NCBI RefSeq assembly: GCF_006345805.1
Contig: NC_043005.1
Coordinates: forward strand, 102,982,001-103,046,000
Length of the DNA: 64,000 nt
Source: Octopus sinensis
Taxonomy: Eukaryota
Reading direction: 5' to 3'
Positions 23,690-36,100 of the stretch are shown here, one piece after another (within the stretch, counting starts at the first letter, position 1; every line of letters starts with the position of its first letter). Made by a program: the position numbers and the translations under genes. The notes under the pieces are model-generated. The model worked only from the letters and a program-made list of their open reading frames with translations, searched no databases and was not told the DNA's origin.

Positions 23690-24247
23690 GAATGAGAGAG
23701 CATTGCATGCCATCAAAGTGACATTGGGGTAAAATATACGAAGCCCAGTATACCCATCATGACTACCCGTCTGATAAGGGTACACTAGACACATGCATCA
23801 CAACCATATGTGCGCGAATTGGTGATCTCATATCAAGATAAACAGCACATGACCTTGCAGGTGGGGCCCAGTTAGAATTTTTTTCAGGTCGAGTAACCCA
23901 TCCCACTCTTAAGGTCCCTGAATGAGGGTTGTTTAAGGATGTTGAAGGAACCACCCATGTTTCCAGAGGTGAATTATTCAAACCCCAAAGAATCCCTCCC
24001 AACACATGGCTATGATGCTCCCTGACTACTTCTGCTCGTGATCAGAGGTGCACATATCGTCAGCCACTAAGAGACATGCTCAACTGGTTAAGGTCAAACA
24101 ACTGACAAGCAAATCTGTGGCATTGAGCAGAATATTTGCTGTAGCCCATCTTTTATACCAAGACAAAATAACGTACATGATAACACTTCCAATCAGTTAA
24201 GATCAGAAGCCATGAGAGCCACTGCCTGGTACTGCATCAAGGCATTT
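23690..24247 (-). mobile_element. about 560-bp non-coding element between (TAA)n tracts, copy 2
   Basis: Colinear with copy 1 but with many substitutions. Confidence 0.85.
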
Positions 24248-24273
24248 ATTATTATTATTATTATTATTATTAA

Positions 24274-24307
<34 letters not shown>

Positions 24308-24337
24308 TATTATTATTATTATTATATTATTATTATT

Positions 24338-27300
24338 CAGTAGTTTTATTTTTATAGCGTACTTTCACTTCACTACCGAGCGCAGCTCTGTGTGCCTTGG
24401 GTATGTGCTGTGATTTGTTGTGATGCTCTGATGGTTATTGTATGGAAATTGTTCTGAGTAGGATGTGTGCAGTGCCTAGTAGTGCAATTTTCTGTATGTT
24501 ATATGTGTTTGTAAGTCCTGGTGTTTTTGTTATATATTTGTCTGAATATTTTTTATCATGCCTAATGCACCTAGGAATTGATAGGAATTGTTTCTGCTTT
24601 CAGATTCCACATTCTAGTTACCTCTATTTCCAGGTCTTTGTATTTTGAGAGTTTCTCCATTTCTTTTAGAGACACGTTGTCATCTGCCGGTATTGATACA
24701 TCAATTAGAAAGCATTTTTTTCCTTCATGATCTCTGACAACTATATCTGGTCTGTTGGCCTTAATTTCTCTATCTGTGTGTATCGGCATATCCCAGAGTA
24801 TGGTTGCTTTCTCGTTTTCTGTGACCTTTTCTGGTGTGTGCCTATACCATCTTTTTTCTGTTGTTATTCCATAATGTTGGCATAGCTTCCAATGTATGTA
24901 GGTTCCAACTCTGTCATGTCTGTGAATATATTCCTTGTTAGCCAGGACAGGGCAGCTAGAGATAATATAATTTATTGTTTCTGGTCCATCTCCACATATT
25001 CGGCAGTTACTCTCTTTTACTCTTTTACTCTTTTACTTGTTTCAGTCACCTGACTGCGGCCATGCTGGAGCACCACCTTTTAGTACTTATTCTATCGGTC
25101 TCTTTTTGCCGAACCGCTAAGTGACGGGGACCTAAACACACCAGCATCGGTTGTCAAGCAATGCTAGGGGGAAAAACACAGACACACAAACACACGCATA
25201 CATATATATATACATATATACGACAGGCTTCTTTCAGTTTCCGTCTACCAAATCCACTCACAAGGCATTGGTCGGCCCGGGGCTATAGCAGAAGACACTT
25301 GCCCAAGATGCCACGCAGTGGGACTGAACCCGCAACCGTGTAGTTGGTTAGCAAGCTATTTACCACACAGCCACTCCTGCGCCTATAATTACTTGTAATA
25401 TTTCTTTTCATTACATGTTTTTGGTAATTTTTGGTGGGGAGGCTTTGGTCTTGTGCTGCAATTAAAAATCCCTCTGTTTCTGCTTTGAGTCCTGAGCTTC
25501 TCAACCATTGCTGGGATTTTTCTTTGTCTATTTCTTTTGCGTTTAGTTTAGTCCAATATTTACCATGAAGGGTTTTTTCTTGCCATCGTTTTATCATGGT
25601 TCGTTGCTGTTCTATTTTTAGTTTGGATTTCATTTGTTTTATAGCTTTAGTTGTTTCTTCATCTTCTTCTTCTTCTTCTTCATGTTTATTAGGTGGTATG
25701 ATTTCTTGTTTGTATTTGTCAACTTCCTTAAATACTGAGAACAGTTTTTTGTTTTGCTCGTGTTTTGCTGCTATCTGGATCAGTTTTCCTTCCTTCTGAA
25801 GTAGATATTTTTGCAGTCCTATGGTGGTTATTTCATAGTAGTTTTCCAGCTGTATAAGGCCTCTACCACCTTCTATACGTTGTATATATAGTCTTTCTAT
25901 GTCAGATTTTGGGTGATGCATCCTAGATCCTGTCATTATTTTTCTTGTCTTCCTATCTATTTTGGACAGTTCATTTCGTGTCCAGTTAAGGATATTGTAG
26001 CTGTAACTTATAACTGGGACAGCTAAAGTGTTGATATTTTAGCATTGAGCTCTGTTTTTAGTATTGATCTAACTCGTCTATAATATTATTTTTTTATTTT
26101 CTCTTTCATTTGTGTGTGTTGTGTCTTATCTAGTTCATGGATTCCTAAGTATTTGTAAGTTTGGCTTTGGTCTAATTCTTTTATTTCATTGGTTTTATCT
26201 AGTGTGATGTTGTTACTCTTAACTAGTTTTCCTCTTTTCATGTTTACTTTGGCGCATTTTTCTAATCCAAATTTCATATCTATTTCTTTGGTAAATCCAT
26301 GAACTGTCTTTAATAGTGTTTCCAGCTGTTTGTCATTTGCAGCGTATAGTTTTAGGTCATCCATATATAAAAGGTGGCTGATCGTTTTGCCGTAACATTT
26401 ATATCCGCATCCAGTTCTATTTAGCATATCAGATAGAGGTGACAGTGCCAAGCAGAAAAGGAGTGTAGAGAGTGTGTCTCCCTGGAATATTCCTCTTCTA
26501 ATGGGGATGTCTTTGGTTTTCATGAGTCCCTCTTTTGTTTGGAGGTGTAGGACTGTTTGCCATTTATTCATAGAGTGCTCTATGAATTTTATGATTGTTG
26601 GTGCTACTTTGTTAATGGCTAGTGTTTCGAGGATCCATGTGTGGGGGTTGCTATCAAACGCCTTTTTGTAGTCAATCCAGGCCATACTGAGGCCTTTCTT
26701 CTTTCTGTGGCTGTCTTCAGTTATGGCTCTATTAATCATTAGTTGATCTTTACAGCCATATGAGCCTTTGCGGCATCCTTTCTGCTCTTCTGGGAACAGT
26801 TTGTTTTCGTCCAGGTGCTTGTTCAGCCTTTGCGATATCACTGCAATAAATGCCTTGAACATAGTAGGGAGGCAGGTTATTGGTCTGTAGTTTTCTGGTT
26901 TTGCTGTTTCATTTGATTTGGGAATTAAGATGGTTTTCCCCTTCGTGAGCCATTCAGGCATTGTCTCTGGCTCTGCTAGTATGTTGTTAAAGTTTTCAGC
27001 CAGCTTGTTGTGCATTCCTGTTAGATATTTCAACCAGAAGTTGGGGATCTTGTCATGCCCAGGTGCCTTCCAGTTGCTTAGTTTTGCAGTGCCTGGGTGA
27101 CCTCTTCAGTTGTTATGGGGGTCCAAAGTTGTTCAGATGCCGAGTTTGTTATTTTGATACTCCTTTTTTTTGGCTGTTCGTTCGCCGACCATATTTCTCT
27201 CCAGAATTCTTCCAATTCTTCTGCCGTTGGTGCTGCAGTGACTTCTATTTTATTTTTGCCCAGTTCTTGGTAGAACTTTTTGGGGTTGGAGTTGAACTTT

Positions 27301-27599
27301 TTGTTTTGTTCAAAGAAGCGTTGGCGTTTCTCGTAGCGGCGGATCCTTTGAGCTTTGGCAAGGATATCTTGCTTCAGCTTTTCTTTTATCTCCGGCAAAT
27401 CTTTTTCTGTGATGTTATATTTGCGGGGTATTTTTGTTCTCTTTTTGTTGCTCAGTAGCGTTGATTGTTTGCTGATTTCATTAAGAATCGACAGGTTTTT
27501 TCTAATTTTTTTAATTTTGTTTTGGATGTTATTTATCCACAGGGTTTGTTTGGGTGTTGGTACTCCTGTTTGGGCGGGTTTGGGTGAGTATCCAGCTTC

Positions 27600-27602
<3 letters not shown>
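24338..27602 (-). mobile_element. 5'-truncated R4/Dong-clade non-LTR retrotransposon (RT + CCHC + restriction-like endonuclease), decayed
   Basis: RT motifs NYRPITCLPT, EQKGC, WIDYKKAFDS, GIFQGDTLS, HLLYMDDLKL, YKYLG; C-terminal CRICG..ETI...C...HRHD and RPDIVV...LIDVSIP..EKLSKYKDL (RLE). Frameshifts near 27085 and 26086. (TAA)n on both flanks. Confidence 0.93.
25012..25384 (-). mobile_element. tRNA-derived SINE inserted into the R4/Dong LINE
   Basis: Head aggcgcaggagtggctgtgtggt..gggttcagtccc and (AGTAAAAG)n tail; it interrupts NITSN|CRICG with an imperfect agtaa(t/c)t duplication. Confidence 0.92.
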
Positions 27603-27642
<40 letters not shown>

Positions 27643-27647
27643 TTTTA

Positions 27648-27741
<94 letters not shown>

Positions 27742-27744
27742 TTA

Positions 27745-27797
<53 letters not shown>

Positions 27798-27815
27798 CAT
27801 CATTATTATTATTAT
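27601..27815. repeat. (ATT)n array at the 5' flank of the Dong-like LINE
   Basis: Direct reading. Confidence 0.95.
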
Positions 27816-27907
27816 ATAAGCAAAATATTTAGTTTTAAATTCTCCAGAAGGGATAGAGTAGTAACGTATACTAAACAGTAAAGTGAGTAGCCGCATCAAA
27901 GTGAGAC

Positions 27908-28022
27908 ATGAATGTTATTACTTCTTTAACTCCAAGCGGATTCTCCGTCAAACTGTTTTCGGTGCAAGCTCTGGACCACTCATACAAAATATATCGCTAG
28001 CGATATATTTTGTATACACATA

Positions 28023-28075
<53 letters not shown>

Positions 28076-28104
28076 ATTGATATATATATATGTATTGATA
28101 TATG

Positions 28105-28135
<31 letters not shown>

Positions 28136-28335
28136 ATATATACATACATACAAGCTTACATACATACATATATATACATATATATACATATATATATATA
28201 TATTATATATATATATATTTTATATATATATAAAATATATCAGTAGCGATATATTTTGTATGAGGGGTCCAGAGCTTGCACCGAAAACAGTTTGACGGAG
28301 AATCCGCCTGGAGTTAAAGAAGTAGTAATATTCAT
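27908..28335. repeat. about 105-bp terminal inverted repeats enclosing (TA)n, MITE-like
   Basis: atgaatgttattacttctttaactcca..cggattctccgtcaaactgttttcggtgcaagctctggacc..catacaaaatatatcgc is mirrored at 28245-28335. Confidence 0.92.
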
Positions 28336-28583
28336 CTGTCAACGTAGAAGTCCTCCATGGTATCAAGGCATAATATCATGTCATTTGTGTGCTCTCGTGT
28401 CGTAAACGACTCATATGGGAGTTCAATTTGTTACTTCGCTATTTTCTCTTATGCATTGTTTATAGTGATTAAATATGTGTACCTCTTCCATCCAACGACA
28501 TTGCATTTAGAAGTGCAAGATGTGCTACATGTTATTTTGGAATTGAGGGCAAAGGAACGCGACTTGACAACACATGTGTCTAC

Positions 28584-28654
<71 letters not shown>

Positions 28655-28677
28655 AAAGTGTACTTACGCTGCTATAT

Positions 28678-28960
28678 TATATAAATATAAAATACAAAAT
28701 AGGACAAGAACGCGAAACATCCGGACAACTAGGGGATACAAAAAGAGACAACAAAACCTCCAGATAGACGATACAAAAAAACAAGGACGGGTCATTCGAA
28801 GCTTTCTATCCTCAGTCAAGAACCGGATCATCCTCGCAATTTTGGCTGATTAATCTTGAGATTGCTCCAATCTGGCCAGCTTCAAGGAAAAACTAAGCTA
28901 AGAGTATTAGATTCCTTGGAAGAAAGCATCGATTGTATAAGAAAACCTTTCCAGGCGTCT
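28678..28960. mobile_element. dispersed repeat, probably a Penelope-like terminal fragment
   Basis: ggacaagaac..aaacatccggacaact; a diverged inverted copy lies at 29455-29582. Confidence 0.5.
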
Positions 28961-29340
28961 TCGCTCATTCCACTCTTCGTTCTTTCTTTCCCTCTCTCTC
29001 ACATTCCTTTCCCTTTCTTACTCACTTTTCACTTCACTATGTCCCTGTCATTTTTTCTTCCCCTCCTTAATTCTTATGTCCATCTGCTTCTACAACTCTC
29101 TCTCTCTTCTCTTCTCCCTCCTTAATTCCTTTGTTCCTCTTTTTTTTCTCTCTTCTCTTCCCACGTGACCGATGGGCCAGACTGCCATACCCTCTTTCTG
29201 CTTCTGACTGCGGTCACTGCAAAGTCGATATTCTACCCTGTGTGTGTGAAAGATTTGTATCTCTACCGTAAGGTTTCATTTCCACACATGCCAGCTGAAT
29301 TCAATTCGTCCTCACTCGAAAGACACCTGTTGTTATGTCC

Positions 29341-29434
<94 letters not shown>

Positions 29435-29572
29435 TTTATTGTATTTTGTATTTATCTTCGTGTAACATCGCCTGTTTTTCCATCCTTGTTTTCGTATACA
29501 TTCGAAAATGTGTTGTTGTCCTTTTTTGTATCATCTAGTTGTCCGGATGTTTTGAGTTCTTGTCCCATTTTA

Positions 29573-29620
<48 letters not shown>

Positions 29621-30707
29621 GTGTGTGTGTGTGTGTGTGGTGTGTGTGTGTGTGTACACATGCATACATTAATCAAAGGAACCTATACAAATGTATTTAA
29701 GGCAAGCATTTTAGTCATCTCACTACATTTGTACATCGTAAGTCACAAATGTCACCACTATTATAGGAACCGGAAAATTGCATAGTTTAATGCATGAAAG
29801 ATCTAGTTCAATCAGAATGAACACTTAATTATCCATCATTTCCTAATATTATATTACAAGATTGTAAATAAAATATGAAAATCAAATTTGGATTGCCTTT
29901 TATTATATATAACGGTCACCTTAAGTAAGAATCCAGTTTGATTTACACAGGGATGTAGATATAGGCATCTTTAGAGGTGCAAACGGAAACACCCTAAACA
30001 GTTTTAGGAAGGACCTGATTGATATGTTTAACCCCTCCACCCATTATTATAGTTACCATTTAGATCAACCTTATCGTAGTTGATTTTTTAAGATGCTACA
30101 TTTGATTTGAGCAGGGGTTCACACGCTCACAACCACAAACCAAATTAAAACTGTCGTATATATGCACAACCATCTGTCACTCATCTATTTTTCCATAACA
30201 CTTGGCAGGGTTATATAAGAGGATCTCAAACCTATCCTTGAACAAGAACATTTTTAACACATCAGTATGCATGTATGCGTAAATATATATATATATATAT
30301 ACGTATACATATATGCATTAGATGTGTATCAATTCAAAAGTAACGCTCTCCCGCAACACCACCACAAAATTTTCATCGACTAATCAACAACTCATTGGAC
30401 GACGAATATCTCCTTTTAATAGAGTGATTGATGTTAACGCAGTACCAATTGTTTCGTGTAGGATAGCAATTTCTAGCAATTATTCGGCTAAAGGTAAATT
30501 AACACAGACGTAGCAGATACATTTCTAAGACTGTATACAAACGTGAAGCCAGGTGCGATTTCGCTTAAGATAAAAGGCGGTATATTAATTAATTAGGTAA
30601 TGAGATTTACTCATTAGCAGATTATTTTAATGGTCGCTTTCTCTGGTGTTGCTTCGTTTGGAAGATGCTAGCGACTTCGATTTGCAAATGCCATATGCTG
30701 ACATAAA

Positions 30708-30744
30708 ACATCTCTTATATAAAACCCGTTCTGTGTGTGTGTGT

Positions 30745-30784
<40 letters not shown>

Positions 30785-31260
30785 TGTGTGTGTGTCTTCT
30801 CGGATCTCGAGCATCCTCCATCCGATTGTGCTCAAACTTGATATGTAGATACCGACGGTATCAGAGCGTGTATAAGTTTGAAAAACATTACAAAAATCGA
30901 TTCCAGGTGAGTATGCGATCGATAAAGCCGTGGGAAATCGTTTTTCTTTGGTTGCACAATCGACTATATGGCGCTGATAGGAGCTGCCTCCCTTAACACC
31001 AAGCATGCATATTTCATACACAGTCGATCATTTTTCTTTCTTATTTTTTTTCAACTACTGTTGAGTGCCAAACAAATTTGCCAAACTCAATTTAGTTACC
31101 TCCCTTTATAGTCTGAGGCTGGTACTTTAAACTCTTCGGTTGCATATTTGCGTGAATAAAATCGTTTTTCTTTGGAATACAAAAAAATCTATCTTTAATT
31201 CTTCTTTTGCTTGTGTCTCAAATTTAGGTTAAATCAGTGTTTCTCAAAGGGGAGGCCTAT
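30708..31260 (+). mobile_element. Helitron-like non-autonomous repeat 5' portion
   Basis: tctcttatataaaacc..(GT)n..ctcggatctcgagcatcctccatccgattgtgctcaaacttg has the layout of non-autonomous Helitron 5' ends. Confidence 0.45.
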
Positions 31261-31843
31261 AGGAAGGTCGGACAAGTTGTTTTGAGAAAATCTGGTATAA
31301 ATGTTTGACAACTCAGCACCGTCCATTGGACGGGGGCGTTTTTTCTAGTAATATATAAACCACAACTGTCGTGCAAATTCACTAGGTATTCTGTCTGAAG
31401 GTATGTATTGATATATTCACCTGTACAAATACAAAAATATTACAAGCTGGATACCGTATACACGTAGTGAATAAAATATCGTTGATACTACAATTGCTTT
31501 CTAATAATTGGATTGGAATATGCATTAGTTACTTTCTTACGTGATGTATGCATAGGATCTATATTGGAATAGTCTATTGAAACCTTTGTATCTCCATCTG
31601 TAGCCATTTATGCGTAAATTAAAGCTGTTATGACAATAGTGTTCTATGTTCTTCGGTTGATTAATTACTAACAATTACTGTGCAAACATTAGTACTGCAT
31701 TAACTCCATTGTATCTATTAACAATATCTAACAATATCTATTGCGGAACAATATCTATCTATCTATCAATCTGTCTATCTATCAATTTATTTACCTACCC
31801 ACCAGACAATTTTTCTGCCTCTCTGCCTATCTTATCTCTATCT

Positions 31844-31879
<36 letters not shown>

Positions 31880-32989
31880 GCATATATGCATACATACATA
31901 CATGCATGCGTACAAGCATACATACATACATAAAACGCATAGCGCGCGTTATAATATACGGTTCCTGAAAGACTAAAATACGGCGTATTCCTAATGATAG
32001 TCTGATAAAGCGACACACGGACATATTCAACAATACGTATTGTGTAACTTTTCAGAAGAAACCGTTTACATGAAATGAATTTAAAGAAAAACACGTAAAC
32101 TATATTAAAGTAGCTAAACACTCTGGTAAAAATGATGTCCCTATGACTACTGCTATACCATATCCAGTACTTATGTTCTTAACGAGCAATATACCCACTA
32201 CAAATTTAATTATCACACTCATTTATTCCATGTATGTTTCTCTCGCAAAATATATTTGCGTAGAGTTGAATATGTGTAGATTTCGGTAATTCCGCTCATT
32301 CCGAACGGTTTTGGTTCTCTTCAAATATTCTTGCTTATATCGTTGCTGAGTGAGAGTAGTATATCCTCACTCAGATTTCTACACAGCCTAGTGGCATATA
32401 TGTATATCTAGAAACACAGTGGATCCTCCTTTGTTCATAACGACTGTAATGAAGTGGAACCACTTATATTTAAAAGGAAAGATGTGAAATTAAATACTGA
32501 GATCAAATACGTCGATGCTTTGGAGAAATATAATGTAAATACTTCATACTTCTGACGCCTGAGAAGATTCGCGAATCATCTTTATCAGAATAGTCTTTGT
32601 TTCCTTGTTCCTACGCTGTACAATGTACTAAATCTATAATATAAATTGGACATGGGCGATTGCTGTATTCTTTCTTGTCTTGAGATTCACAGCCAAACGG
32701 CTGGGTGGATTCGCGGGGAAAATGGCACACATGTGGAGACAGGTGCATAGTTTGGAATGCGGTTTGCATTTTTTCCCTAGCACCCATACTTATCGAGGAA
32801 ATCGATTAAAACTCTTTCTAATGGAATTTCCCTTTTTCTTCTGCCATTAAAGCAACCAGTTGCTTAGAAGCTGTTTTCTGACAGAGTGGGGTCAAGAAAT
32901 TTTCATATAGCTAGACTCTAGCTAGCTTCAATTGAAACAGGGAACTCGAAATGATAAGGTTGCCAAACGCTGTTATAGATTATGCCTAA

Positions 32990-33028
32990 CCGAAAACAGA
33001 CCGGGTGAAACCGAGCTTAGCTGCTAGT
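32990..33028 (+). mobile_element. Helitron-like 3' terminus
   Basis: ccgggtgaaaccgag hairpin-like element followed by ctgCTAGt. Confidence 0.45.
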
Positions 33029-33054
33029 ACACTATATTTGTAGTACTAGATCTA

Positions 33055-34150
33055 TACGAGGGTGGGTTGAACATTTCATAGGCTGACAATGAAGGAGTGA
33101 TACTACAGTTGTAAAATCTTACATGCCTTAATTTCAAATCTTAATAGCTGCATTGTTCGTCTCTAGATAAAGAGACATCTGACTTTTCATAGATGTAACT
33201 TGTAGCAACTTCACATCTCATCGTGTGTTGTTATCATGCGCCTGCAGAAAAAAAAAACTTTTTTATCTCCTAAAGACAGTCATGCAAACATGGCTGCTTT
33301 ATCAACCCTGCAGCAGTTGGAAGCTGAATTTCGGAAAGGAGGGGAAAGTCTTGACGGTCGGTCTCGATTTCCTTCAACTGCCACTACCGAGGAAAATATT
33401 GATCGTGTTCAACAAATGCTGATGAATGACAGGCGATTGACCATACATCAAATAGTCAATATTATTAGCGTATCCTGTGACAGAATTGAGAATATTCTGC
33501 ACAACGAATTTGGCATTATGACATCTGATCAAAAGTGCACCAGGCTTATCACATCATGAGAAAATATAACATACTTTGAGGTAGACACAGCTGGTTTCCT
33601 TGAATGCTTCCTAGCCCAGGATGGGCGTTAGTTTCATCACTTTGAGCCACAGACAGAGAAAATTCGTGATGTAGAAACACCCCACCTCACATGCTCTAAA
33701 GATCGTTTCATTTGCAACGACGATGATGGCTACAGTTTCTGGGATACAAATGACGTTCTGTGTATTGACAATCTTCAAAAGGGCTGCGTTATAATTGGCG
33801 AGTACTATACCAACTTGCTGGGGCAGTTACAAAATTCTATCGAGATCAAACGTTCAGAGATTCCGACGAAATGGTCTTCTTTCATCAGCATAATACTCCA
33901 GCACACAAGTACTTGTTTCCAATGACTGCTGTGTGTGACTGGCTTGCAAATGGTTGATCACCCCACCCCCACCCCATATTCTCCTAATTTAGCCCCCATC
34001 TGGCTTGCCGAGCGGCTCTTTCCTGGATGCGATACTGGATATTAAGCAGCACCGTTTCTGGTGCGATTTCAATAATACAATACAGGTCTCTGAAAGAAAT
34101 GTGAAGTTTATAGCTGTCACCGTTTCTACTATCAAATATTCCATTTCCTC
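33055..34150 (+). pseudogene. mariner transposon remnant (decayed transposase)
   Basis: TA-TACGAGGGTGGGTTGAA left TIR; HTH-region peptide STATTEENIDRVQQMLMNDRRLTI; PYSPNLAP (YSPDLAP motif) near 33975-34000; multiple stops. Confidence 0.88.
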
Positions 34151-34224
34151 TTAAGTGTGTGAATTAAATTGTATGAAGTAATTGTTAAATTCTTGCTGTT
34201 AGCTTCAGTTTTCTTAACGTTACA

Positions 34225-34550
34225 CTTTTACTTGTTTCAGTCATTTGACTGCGGCCAGGCTGGAGCACCGCCTTTAGTCGACCCGAGGACTTATTCTTTG
34301 TAAGCCTATTATTTATTCTATAGGTCCCTTTGCGAACAGTTAAGTTATGGAGACGTAAAAACACCAGCATCGCTTGTCAAGTGATCTTGAGGAGGCAAAC
34401 ACAGACACACATACATACATATATACGACAGGCTTCTTTCAGTTTCCATCGACCAAATACACACACAAGGCTTTAGTTGGCCCGAGGCTAAAGCAAGGTG
34501 CCACGCGGTGGGACTGAGCCCAGAACCATGTGGTTGGTAAGCAAGCTACT
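34225..34550 (-). mobile_element. tRNA-derived SINE (family of 25012-25384), head truncated
   Basis: cttttacttgtttcagtcatttgactgcggcc..gacaggcttctttcagtttcc..gtgggactga is shared with the 25-kb copy. Confidence 0.9.
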
Positions 34551-34657
34551 TTATTTCAAAAAATGTTGCCATAAAGGCATGATACAGAGAAGCTTGCGGG
34601 CTGGACATTAATGATGAAATAAAATGATATTAATAGAAGACAAAAAACACCCGTCGA

Positions 34658-35880
34658 TTTTTTTTATTCTCTAAAACATTAATTTTTATATAAAAAAACA
34701 AACCGAGGTATTGAACCTCTTACTTATACATTAAGTATACAATTATTGAACTTAATAGTCCATTTACAAATTGAAACATTATTATTTTTTAACACAAAAT
34801 ACGAACCGAGGTATTGAACCTCTTACTTCCGTTTTTACAATTATTGGACTTAATATTCCATTTACAAATTAAAACATTATTATTTTTACACAAAAAATAA
34901 CAAAACGTGGTATTGAAACAATTTTTGGATTTAATAGTCCATTTACAATTCAACTGGCCCAGGACTTTGCTTTGTTCCTGAGGAAAGTTTTTCTTTATAT
35001 GGCCAGGCACCTGGGGGGCGGCGACCCTCAAGAATCACCGGCTACCTGCAGCCGGCCATCCTCAGAAAATCTGTAAAAACCAGATTATCGACTGTTTCGG
35101 TCCACAGGGTCAAAACTGCATTCGACACCACCCAATCAGCCGCAGAAAGAATTTTGACATTTAAGAGCTTGGCACTGCTTCCACCCAGACCCCGACGGAT
35201 AGTGTTTCTATCCATTCGCGCTCTATTCTGGGTGGCAGCCCATAAACATGTCAATTTCCTTCCACCTTATGTGGGGAGAAACATAATTTTCTTCCCTTCG
35301 AAGTGTTGGCTCACAAAATCTCGAGCCTCCCCAGGAGTGTCAAGCAGCAACCACACCGTTGCATATTTGACACCCCTTGCAATAAACTTAAGAGTTGGCA
35401 GACATTCTGCCAATTCTTTTTCAATATCCGCCTGAGAGAAGACAGTGATGGTATCGAGGGACTTAGAATAAGTCCTCAACACCACCGTTCTCTCAACAAA
35501 GTTTTTTCCTACTGCTTGGGGGCCACAATTTGCCACTCCAATACAGTGGGAGTTTCTTTACCATGCTTGCAAAAGAAAAATAAAGAAAAATGGTCAACCC
35601 AAAATCTAAAATATTCCAAATAAAAAGTCCAATAAAAACACAAAAAAGAACAGAGAAAAAGGACGAAGGAAGGCAGTTCAATTCACGGCAACACAATTCC
35701 GCCTCCCAGGTAATCCACTAGAATACAGGTACTCCAGTTCACCGTCGCAGCACACAAAAATTCCTTCACGAATTCATAAATTTTCCAAATTTTGTTATCG
35801 AGACACGCCCACCAAAACAACAATTCTCACAACTAAGTAAGACAAACGGCGCGACCGCAGCAGACAAATGTCTAGGACCC
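34658..35880 (-). mobile_element. Tx1/L1-type LINE derivative: 5'UTR + ORF1 (gag-like) + 3'UTR/poly(A), with no ORF2
   Basis: ORF1-like peptide VERTVVLRTYSKSL..ARGVKYATVWLLLDT..KIMFLPTYVGR; eroded zinc knuckle GRRP..QVPGHIKKNFP; then about 100-bp tandem 3'UTR units and a short A-tail (T-run at about 34658-34665). Confidence 0.55.
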
Positions 35881-36064
35881 TGTAAGGATTTCTTATTCGA
35901 GAAAAAAAAACAATATCAAAGGATTAAAATTCCCCATCTAGTCCCTAAAAAGACAGATGACTACCTTGCAGTCGCGCCTTCAACGGTTCTTTAATTCAAG
36001 ACGGCATCCATGCATGTCTTGACAGTGTTCATTCTCGTAAGTGACAGAAAAACTCACGCATGCG

Positions 36065-36100
36065 TGGTAAGTAAGCTACTTACCACACAGCCACTCCTAC
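36065..36100 (-). mobile_element. tRNA-SINE head fragment
   Basis: gtaagtaagctacttaccacacagccactcct matches the head of the 25-kb SINE. Confidence 0.7.

Noticed and set aside
28790-28830. CTGAGGA...GAA on the minus strand as a hammerhead
   Set aside because: No stem I complementarity and GAAA is incomplete in this copy.
35880-36060. Possible snRNA/tRNA target site next to the Tx1-like element
   Set aside because: The flank does not match U2, 5S or tRNA sequences that I can recognise, and no TSD was found.
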